This document shows, piece after piece, positions 56,765 through 64,000 of a stretch of 64,000 nt of DNA. Every line of letters begins with the position of its first letter. Within the stretch, counting starts at the first letter, position 1. The DNA lies in contig CAZLWA010000043.1 of assembly GCA_964563165.1 (NCBI GenBank), forward strand, positions 9,372 to 73,371, given 5' to 3'. Source of the stretch: an uncultured Bacteroidota bacterium. GTDB taxonomy: Bacteria > CLD3 > SB21. The notes under the pieces are model-generated. The model was not told where the DNA came from. It saw only the letters and a program-made list of their open reading frames with translations, and ran no database searches. The position numbers and the translations under genes were made by a program.

Positions 56765-59698
56765 ATGAAATTCCATGGAGCATTCATTTTCAGTGTGCTT
56801 TTTTCGATGTCGGTTTTTGCGCAGAAGTACGAAGGGGTCGAGCAAAAATCAAAGGACGGCAGATTTACTTACAAAACCGTTACCAATGACCCTTTGAAGA
56901 CGCGGATCTATACCCTTAAGAATGGTTTGACGGTGATGATGTCGCCCAACAAACGCGAGCCGCGCCTTCAAACCATGATTGCGACGCGCGCCGGGAGTAA
57001 GAACGATCCTGCAGACAATACAGGCCTGGCTCATTATCTTGAACATTTGCTTTTCAAAGGAACGGACAAGGTCGGCACCAAAGATTTTGCGAAAGAAAAA
57101 ATTGAGTTAGATAAGATCGAAGCCTTATACACGCAGTACAACCAAACAAGCGACAGTCTTTCCCGCGAACGCGTTTACCGCCAAATTGATTCCATTTCCG
57201 GCGTCGCGGCTCAGTACGCCATTGCCAGCGAGTACGACGCCATGATCAGCGCGATGGGCGCCAAGGGTTTGAACGCGTTTACCGGAAGCGAACAGACCGT
57301 TTATATTAACGATCTTCCCCAAAACGAAATGGAGAAATGGCTGAAAACCGAAGGCGAACGCTTTCGAAATCCGATTCTCAGACTTTTCCACACGGAATTG
57401 GAAGTCGTTTACGAAGAAAAAAACAGAGGCCTGGATAACGATGGGCGGAAAGTAAATGAAGCGCTTTTCCGCGGTTTATACCGGAATCATCCCTACGGAA
57501 CTCAAACAACCATCGGTACCATTGAACACTTGAAAAATCCGTCTATTACTAAAATTAAAAAATATTATGACACTTACTATGTTCCCAACAATATGGCTAT
57601 TATTTTAGCGGGCGATTTTGATATGGATCAAACCATTACGTTGATTGATCAATATTTCGCTTATATGCAGACCAAAGAAATCCCGCCGTTCACATTCAAG
57701 CCGGAAGAAGAACGCAATCAGCCCACGGAAATAACCGTGCTTGGCCCGGAGGCGGAAAACGTGACCATCGGATTTCGTCTGCCCGGAGCGGGTTCCAAAG
57801 AAGCGCTGATATTGGAAATAGCTGACGGATTGTTAAGTTACAACAATGCAGGTTTGATTGATCTTAATTTAGTCAAACAGCAGAAAATTTTGAATGGGTA
57901 TTCAACATATTGGAGTCAAAAGGATTACACGACACATTGGTTGTACGGCCAACCTCGGCAAGGCCAGACTTTGGATGAAGTGAAAAAAATGTTGATGGAT
58001 CAGATGGATCTGCTGAAGAAAGGCGAATTTGGTGAAGAAATGATGAAAGCCGTTGTGGCAAACTTAAAGGCAGATAAAATTCGCCAGTATGAAACGAACT
58101 CCGGACGAGCATTTGACATGCTTGCCGCATTTGATACCGGACAAAATTGGCCGGATTTTGCCCAACACCTGGATCGTATGAGCGAAATAACAAAAAAAGA
58201 TGTCGTTACCTACATGAATCAGTATTACAAAAACGACTATGTGGTTGTTTCTAAAAAAATCGGCGAAGATAAAAATGTCAAAAAAGTTATTAAACCTAAA
58301 ATTACGCCACTGACGGCCGACAAAGAATCCAGCTCGGATTTCAAGAAACAAATTTTGGGAATGGCCGAAACGCCGATCAAACCCGTATTCATTGACTACA
58401 AAAAAGATGTCGTGACGTCCTCTTTGAATAAAAATGTCCCTATCTATCTTTATCCCAACACGGACAACGAACTCTTCGATCTCTCGTATCATTTTGATAT
58501 GGGAAGCAATCATAATAAGAAACTGCCTTATGCGATCGATTATTTGCAGTATTTGGGTACGGATACATATTCCGCACAACAAATCAGCAGGGAGTTTTTT
58601 AAATTAGCTTGTTCATTCAATGTCAGCAACGGTGAAGACCAAACGTATGTTACCCTCAGCGGTCTCGGCGAAAATTTTGACAAAGCGCTTGAACTATTCG
58701 AACATCTTCTGGCGAATGCCAAACCCGATCAGGAAGCCCTTAATAAGATGATCGAAGGCGAGCTCAAGAGCCGTGCGGACAGTAAATTAGATCGTCAAAG
58801 TATTTTTTGGAATGCGATGTGGAATTATTCCGTTTACGGAAAAAAGAATCCGTTCGCCGATCAATTATCAGAGAGTGAGTTACGGGCGCTTAAAGCGGAC
58901 GACCTCGTACAATGGATTCGTGATCTGACGAGCTATCCACACCGAGTATTTTATTACGGCAGCAAATCCACCGAAGAGGTGGGATCATCCTTGTCCAAAT
59001 ACCACAAATTGCCGGCTGTGTTCAAAACTTTTCCGGCTAAGATCAAGTACGAACGCCAGGAATTGAAAGACAACATCGTTTATTTTGTAAACTACGATAT
59101 GGTGCAAGCGGAATTGAGATGGACCGCGAAAATGGAAACGTACGATCAAAAACTGGCGCCCTCGGTTGCCTTGTTCAATCAATATTTCGGCGGGTCTTTT
59201 CCGTCCGTCGTTTTCAAAGATATTCGCGAAACGAAAGCCCTGGCTTATTCCGCATTTGCCACGTACGCCCGTCCGGTCCGTAAAGGTGATCCGTATTACT
59301 TTTCTTTTTATATCGGAACACAAGCGGACAAAATTCATGAGGCAATGAGCGCAATGAAAGACATGCTCAAAGCGTTGCCGAAAGACGATCAAATATTCGG
59401 CGCGGGCGTTGACGCGCTGAAGAGGAAGATCGAAACGGAGCGAATCGTAAAACAGCAGGTGCTGTTCAATTTTGACGATGCCGTTAAAATGGGATTAGAT
59501 CATGATATTCGACAAGACGTTTACGAAGACATTCAGAAAATGACCTTTTCCGATATCCAGCAATTTTTCAATTCCCGGATTCCGAATAAACCGGGTGTGC
59601 TTTGTGTGATTGCATCCAAAAATAAAATAACATTGGATGAATTAAATCGTTATGGAAAAGTAATCGAATTAAGCCTACAAGATATATTCGGATATTAA
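56765..59698 (+). CDS. Exported M16 family zinc peptidase (insulinase-like)
   Basis: Signal peptide VFA|QKY; GLAHYLEHLLFKG (HxxEH), ELEVVYEE, YYVPNNM; degenerate second half. Confidence 0.95.
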   Translation: MKFHGAFIFSVLFSMSVFAQKYEGVEQKSKDGRFTYKTVTNDPLKTRIYTLKNGLTVMMSPNKREPRLQTMIATRAGSKNDPADNTGLAHYLEHLLFKGTDKVGTKDFAKEKIELDKIEALYTQYNQTSDSLSRERVYRQIDSISGVAAQYAIASEYDAMISAMGAKGLNAFTGSEQTVYINDLPQNEMEKWLKTEGERFRNPILRLFHTELEVVYEEKNRGLDNDGRKVNEALFRGLYRNHPYGTQTTIGTIEHLKNPSITKIKKYYDTYYVPNNMAIILAGDFDMDQTITLIDQYFAYMQTKEIPPFTFKPEEERNQPTEITVLGPEAENVTIGFRLPGAGSKEALILEIADGLLSYNNAGLIDLNLVKQQKILNGYSTYWSQKDYTTHWLYGQPRQGQTLDEVKKMLMDQMDLLKKGEFGEEMMKAVVANLKADKIRQYETNSGRAFDMLAAFDTGQNWPDFAQHLDRMSEITKKDVVTYMNQYYKNDYVVVSKKIGEDKNVKKVIKPKITPLTADKESSSDFKKQILGMAETPIKPVFIDYKKDVVTSSLNKNVPIYLYPNTDNELFDLSYHFDMGSNHNKKLPYAIDYLQYLGTDTYSAQQISREFFKLACSFNVSNGEDQTYVTLSGLGENFDKALELFEHLLANAKPDQEALNKMIEGELKSRADSKLDRQSIFWNAMWNYSVYGKKNPFADQLSESELRALKADDLVQWIRDLTSYPHRVFYYGSKSTEEVGSSLSKYHKLPAVFKTFPAKIKYERQELKDNIVYFVNYDMVQAELRWTAKMETYDQKLAPSVALFNQYFGGSFPSVVFKDIRETKALAYSAFATYARPVRKGDPYYFSFYIGTQADKIHEAMSAMKDMLKALPKDDQIFGAGVDALKRKIETERIVKQQVLFNFDDAVKMGLDHDIRQDVYEDIQKMTFSDIQQFFNSRIPNKPGVLCVIASKNKITLDELNRYGKVIELSLQDIFGY

Positions 59699-59719
59699 TT
59701 TTGAACCATTGAGCCCGGG

Positions 59720-59750
59720 AAAACCGCGTGTTCACAAGACCCGCGGTTTT
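59720..59750 (+). terminator. Possible intrinsic terminator after the M16 peptidase
   Basis: 9-bp stem AAAACCGCG / CGCGGTTTT with a 13-nt loop, then GTTATT. Confidence 0.45.
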
Positions 59751-59825
59751 GTTATTCGTAAAAACCGTTTGATTAAGTGCGGATGTTGATTTATATTCTG
59801 TAAAATTTTGAGAGTTCAGGAAAAT

Positions 59826-60812
59826 ATGCATATCGGGGAGATCGGTGAATTTGGATTAATCGAATTAATTCAAAAAGCCGTCTCCGCGAAAAAATCGGGT
59901 TTGATCTTGGGCATCGGCGACGATGCGGCGGTTTTTAAAACTTCCAAATCGAAATGGCATTGCGCCACGGTCGATGCGCTGGTCGAAGGAATACATTTCG
60001 ACCTGCGATTCACAGATTTTCAAACGCTGGGTTGGAAATCCATTGCGGTTAACATCAGCGATATCGCTGCCATGGGCGGCGAAGCAAAATGGGCATTGGT
60101 TGCGTTGGCGATCCCCGACCAAATTTCGACCGAAAATATTTTAGAATTGTATCAGGGTATGCGGCGGTGCGCGGGCCGGTTTGGCGCATCGATCATCGGG
60201 GGTAATATTTCCAGGGCCCGTTCTGATTTTTCGATCACCGTAACCCTGCTTGGCGAAGTGAAGTCAAAAAACATTTTGGAACGATCGGGTGCAAGGGACG
60301 GAGATATCATTGCGGTGACGGGTGATTGCGGCGCGGCGCATGCCGGACTGCAGGTTTTGAAAAAAGGTCTGGACCCGACAAAGTTCCCGCATTGCATAAA
60401 GAAACATTTGTCCCCCATGCCGCGTAGAAATTGGATTGCCGGGCTTCTGAAACACCATGTTAAGATAAATTCATGCATCGACCTCAGCGACGGGCTTGCT
60501 TCCGATCTGCACCGGTTATGCCAATCGAGCAAAGTCGGGGCGGAATTACAACCTGACCGGATCCCGATCCACGATGAAACAAAAGCAATTTCCCGGCTGT
60601 GCAACGAACCCGCTTCCGCGTTTGGTTTGAACGGCGGAGAAGATTACGAGCTATTGATGACGCTGCCGAAAAAGGAATTTATCAGAGCCAAAAAGATCCT
60701 GAAAAATAATTTGGCCGCTATCGGCGTTATCACTCAAACCAAGAAAATAGTCGGCATTTATTCTAACGGAGAAAAAATAGAAATTCCCCCGAACGGGTAC
60801 ACACATTTTTAG
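59826..60812 (+). CDS. thiL: Thiamine-monophosphate kinase
   Basis: GEFGLI, GIGDDAA, VNISDIAAMGG, IDLSDGL, GGEDYELL; start set at ATG 59826. Confidence 0.96.
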   Translation: MHIGEIGEFGLIELIQKAVSAKKSGLILGIGDDAAVFKTSKSKWHCATVDALVEGIHFDLRFTDFQTLGWKSIAVNISDIAAMGGEAKWALVALAIPDQISTENILELYQGMRRCAGRFGASIIGGNISRARSDFSITVTLLGEVKSKNILERSGARDGDIIAVTGDCGAAHAGLQVLKKGLDPTKFPHCIKKHLSPMPRRNWIAGLLKHHVKINSCIDLSDGLASDLHRLCQSSKVGAELQPDRIPIHDETKAISRLCNEPASAFGLNGGEDYELLMTLPKKEFIRAKKILKNNLAAIGVITQTKKIVGIYSNGEKIEIPPNGYTHF

Positions 60813-60821
60813 GAGCATTCT

Positions 60822-62024
60822 ATGGCCAGCGAAACAGAAAGCCGCATCAGGAAAATTCAGGAAACGATCACGCACAACGGATTCGACGGGTGGCTGATGT
60901 ACAGTTTCCGCCACAATAACCCGATCGTCGAAAAATTATTGAATCTGCCTCATGCGATGGCGAAGCGCCGGTTCTATTATTTTGTGCCGGCAAGCGGCAC
61001 GCCGCAAAAACTGGTGCACGGTATCGAACGGTACGCGCTGGATACGGTTCCGGGCGACCGGCATATTTATTCAAGCTGGCAGGAGCTGGAAGCCGGATTA
61101 AAAACGATCACGGGCGGAGCGAAAAAAATTGCCATGGAATATTCGCACGAATGCGCGATCCCGTATGTTTCCATCATCGATGCCGGTACGATCGAACTGA
61201 TCCGAAAGGCAACGGGTGCCGAAATTGTTTCCTCGGCGGACCTGGTGCAGGTTTTCGATGCGACCTGGGACGACGAGCAATTGAATCTTCATCTGGAAGC
61301 CTCGCGGGCGCTGATGGAAATCATCGGAGAAGCCTGGGCAGAAATCAAGAATAAGATCCTGGCAAAGCAAACCATTACCGAATGCGACGTGCAGCAATTC
61401 ATTCTTGATCGTTTCAAACAGCACGGTGTGCATACGCAAGACGCGCCGAACTGTTCGGTGAATGAGAATTCCGGCAATCCGCATTACGACCCGATGAAGG
61501 AAACGTGCAAAGAAATTCACGAGGGCGATTTAGTGTTGATCGACTGGTGGGCTAAGAAAATTCATCCGCGCGGCGTGTATGCCGATTATACCCAGATGGG
61601 ATTTGTCGGCAAAGAAGTGCCGGGGAAATATCAAAAAGTATTTGAGGCCGTCAAAGGTGCGCGCGATGCCGCCATCCAGTTCGTCAAGGCTGAGATCGGA
61701 AAGAATAAACCACTGTACGGATGGCAGATCGATGACGTGTGCCGGAATTTCATTCAGTCGAAAGGCTACGGCGAATATTTCATTCACCGCACGGGCCATT
61801 CGATCGGCGAAGAAGTCCACGGCAACGGCGCCAACATTGATAATTTGGAGACGAAAGATAACCGGCAGATCATTCCCCGCACGTGCTTTTCGATCGAACC
61901 CGGGGTCTATTATGTGGATGATTTTGGCGTCCGTACGGAGATCAATGTCGTTATTACCGAAAAGAAAGACGTGCTCGTAACAGGCATGCCGCTGCAGCAG
62001 GAAGTTCTCGCGATCTTGAAATAA
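60822..62024 (+). CDS. M24 family (Xaa-Pro) metallopeptidase
   Basis: LIDWW, YADYT, HRTGHSIG, SIEPGVY, VRTE pita-bread metal ligands. Confidence 0.92.
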   Translation: MASETESRIRKIQETITHNGFDGWLMYSFRHNNPIVEKLLNLPHAMAKRRFYYFVPASGTPQKLVHGIERYALDTVPGDRHIYSSWQELEAGLKTITGGAKKIAMEYSHECAIPYVSIIDAGTIELIRKATGAEIVSSADLVQVFDATWDDEQLNLHLEASRALMEIIGEAWAEIKNKILAKQTITECDVQQFILDRFKQHGVHTQDAPNCSVNENSGNPHYDPMKETCKEIHEGDLVLIDWWAKKIHPRGVYADYTQMGFVGKEVPGKYQKVFEAVKGARDAAIQFVKAEIGKNKPLYGWQIDDVCRNFIQSKGYGEYFIHRTGHSIGEEVHGNGANIDNLETKDNRQIIPRTCFSIEPGVYYVDDFGVRTEINVVITEKKDVLVTGMPLQQEVLAILK

Positions 62025-62072
62025 GAGTTTTGTTGATTTAAGGAAGTCATAGGATAGGAGCGCCGCATTCCA

Positions 62073-62546
62073 ATGGCAAAGTTCTACGTGACCCATGAGG
62101 GGTTGGTTAAATTGAAGAAGGAGATCAATCACTTAAAAAATGTGAAGCGTCCGGAAATTGCCAAACGGGTCCAGATCGCGCGCGAGCATGGTGATCTGAA
62201 AGAAAATGGCGAATATCATGCCGCGAAGGAGGAGCTGCAGCATTTGCAAAGCCGCATCAATGAAATGGAAATGAAACTGATGGATGTGGTGGTGATCAAG
62301 GAAGACGAAATCCCGATCGACAAAGTTTATATTTTAGCGACGGTAAATTTGCAGGACATAAAAACGAAAGAAAAATTGAAATACACGCTCGTGCCCGATA
62401 CGGATGCGGATTGGGAAAACGGAAAAATTTCGGTGAATACACCGATCGGAAAAGGTTTGCTGGGGAAGTCGGTGGGGGAAACCGCGGTGATTCAAACACC
62501 CGCCGGCGAAATGCACCTGAAAATTACAAAAATCTCAAGAAATTAG
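62073..62546 (+). CDS. greA: Transcription elongation factor GreA
   Basis: AREHGDLKENGEYHAAKE, ISVNTPIGKGLLG. Confidence 0.98.
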   Translation: MAKFYVTHEGLVKLKKEINHLKNVKRPEIAKRVQIAREHGDLKENGEYHAAKEELQHLQSRINEMEMKLMDVVVIKEDEIPIDKVYILATVNLQDIKTKEKLKYTLVPDTDADWENGKISVNTPIGKGLLGKSVGETAVIQTPAGEMHLKITKISRN

Positions 62547-62557
62547 TCCGGGGATAA

Positions 62558-62797
62558 GTGATGGAAAAAAATAAGGAGCCCGTACCGGAAAACTTGGCTG
62601 AAGGGGCCAACCTGGAAGCGGAAGCGAGGCGCAAGCGAGCCTGGCGCTGGCAGATCTTCGGATGGTCGGTTATCGGGCTGATGATCGCGGCGATTGTTTT
62701 GAACCTCCTTAATGTGCTCACGCCGGAAATCAATAAGTATTTATTAGGCGTGATAATCGGGGCTTACGCCGTGTACATTTTTCTTCGAAGACGCTGA
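62558..62797 (+). CDS. Small hypothetical membrane protein (2 TM)
   Basis: 79 aa, two hydrophobic helices, basic RRR end; fits between greA and bshA. Confidence 0.7.
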   Translation: MMEKNKEPVPENLAEGANLEAEARRKRAWRWQIFGWSVIGLMIAAIVLNLLNVLTPEINKYLLGVIIGAYAVYIFLRRR

Positions 62798-62828
62798 GAA
62801 TCCGGACCGATCAACAGAAAGTCAATAC

Positions 62829-63983
62829 ATGAAAATTGGAATTACGTGCTATCCTACCTACGGCGGAAGCGGCGTCGTGGCGACCGAGCTGGGTATCGAG
62901 CTCGCCAAACGCGGACACGACATCCATTTTATCACTTCCGATATCCCGTTTCGTTTATCGGGATTTCGTGAACATATTTATTTTCATGCGGTGGAGGTCA
63001 TGACCTATCCGGTCATCGATCAGTCTCCGTATGCGCTCACGCTCGCAGCGCGTATGGCGGAAGTCGCGGAATTTGAGGACCTGGATCTACTGCATGTCCA
63101 TTATGCGATTCCGCATGCGCCCAGCGCGTATCTCGCGAAACAGATCATTAAAAAAAATAACCGCCTGAAAGAGCTGAAAACCGTCACGACGCTGCACGGC
63201 ACCGATATTACGCTGCTCGGCCTGGACCGCTCATTTTTGAATTTGATCAAGTTCAGCATAGATGAAAGCGACGGCACGACGGCGGTTTCCAAATACCTGC
63301 GGAATCGAACGTACTCGGAATTCAAGCCGAATCGAAAGATCGAAGTGATTCACAATTTCATTGATACCGAAAAGTACAAGCCGCAGCCGGACCGGGATCC
63401 GTGCGGAGGTTTCTTACATAAGATCGCTCCGAACCGCGAGAAGATCATTATGCATACCAGCAATTTTCGTCCGTTGAAGCGGGTGGCGGATGTCGTGAAG
63501 ATTTTTGCGAAGGTCCGGGACACGGTCGATTCGAAACTCATCTTGGTCGGCGACGGGCCGGAACGTTACGCGATCGAACAGCTGGTGCGTGAATTAAAAG
63601 TGGAAAACGATACGTTTTTCTTAGGGAAGCAGGAAGCGGTTTCGGACCTGGTATCTTCGGCGGACGTCTTCCTGCTGCCGAGCGAATCGGAGAGTTTCGG
63701 TCTGGCGGCGCTGGAAGCGATGAGCTCAGGCGTTCCGGCGGTGACCACGAACGTGGGCGGATTGCCGGAAATCAATATTCACGGAGAGACCGGCTATATG
63801 GAGAAGCTCGGCGATGTGGATGCCATGGCCGGTGATATTGTAAAAATTTTATCCGACGACGATCTGCGGCGTACGCTGGGCGATCAGGCGCGTCAGCGCG
63901 TCATTGAGAATTTCGGAACGGATAAGATCGTCAAACAATATCAGGATTACTACGAAAGCGTGTTACAAGGAAAAAACAACTAG
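62829..63983 (+). CDS. bshA: N-acetyl-alpha-D-glucosaminyl L-malate synthase (bacillithiol biosynthesis)
   Basis: MKIGITCYPTYGGSGVVATELG, HVHYAIPHA, TTLHGTDITL, SNFRPLKR, ESFGLAALEAM. Confidence 0.97.
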   Translation: MKIGITCYPTYGGSGVVATELGIELAKRGHDIHFITSDIPFRLSGFREHIYFHAVEVMTYPVIDQSPYALTLAARMAEVAEFEDLDLLHVHYAIPHAPSAYLAKQIIKKNNRLKELKTVTTLHGTDITLLGLDRSFLNLIKFSIDESDGTTAVSKYLRNRTYSEFKPNRKIEVIHNFIDTEKYKPQPDRDPCGGFLHKIAPNREKIIMHTSNFRPLKRVADVVKIFAKVRDTVDSKLILVGDGPERYAIEQLVRELKVENDTFFLGKQEAVSDLVSSADVFLLPSESESFGLAALEAMSSGVPAVTTNVGGLPEINIHGETGYMEKLGDVDAMAGDIVKILSDDDLRRTLGDQARQRVIENFGTDKIVKQYQDYYESVLQGKNN

Positions 63984-64000
63984 TGCCGAAAAAAATTTTA

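Noticed and set aside
57500-58800. AT-richer segment within the M16 peptidase as horizontal transfer
   Set aside because: The frame is continuous with no boundary repeats or mobile genes; composition judged only from a few lines.
1-64000. Selenoproteins (in-frame UGA) or tRNA-Sec, prompted by selB
   Set aside because: Genes ending in TGA (uvrA, purM, purD, MFS, regulator, amidase, 79-aa protein) already look full length; no tRNA-like cloverleaf seen by eye in any gap. A dedicated scan was not run.

Overview
Chromosomal, mostly housekeeping 64-kb window from a diderm bacterium, most plausibly a non-Bacteroidia member of the FCB group (Ignavibacteria/KSB1/Calditrichota-like). The taxonomy is an inference from PorV-family barrels, C-terminal sorting/FlgD-Ig cargo proteins, +1-Gln signal-peptide cleavage sites, bshA, mqnC and hprK. 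About 48 tightly packed CDS are present. I found no tRNA, rRNA, CRISPR array, transposase or prophage. Core genes include xerC (partial), rlpA, rel, glmS, hprK, uvrA, purM, pyrB, rfbB, dacB, selB, rpe, purD, pabB, mqnC, murJ, aroB, ychF, thiL, greA and bshA. The stand-out accessory block is 14747-22446, between uvrA and purM. It has five co-oriented exported proteins carrying seven LPP20-like domains in total, one of them fused to Ig-like and CsgG/FlgT-like domains. They are followed by a signal-peptide-bearing TPR-CHAT caspase-like protease with an intact His/Cys dyad. This is my best candidate for an undescribed envelope system. Other notable items: an M6-type protease homologue with HExxH replaced by SNFGS directly downstream of porV; a perfect 14-bp tandem repeat abutting the selB start codon, part of a window-wide set of 7-bp-periodic intergenic tracts; an orphan HcrB-like FAD/[4Fe-4S] subunit; an unannotated 32-aa membrane ORF; and REP-like hairpins. 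All family assignments come from motif recognition by eye. No searches were run.
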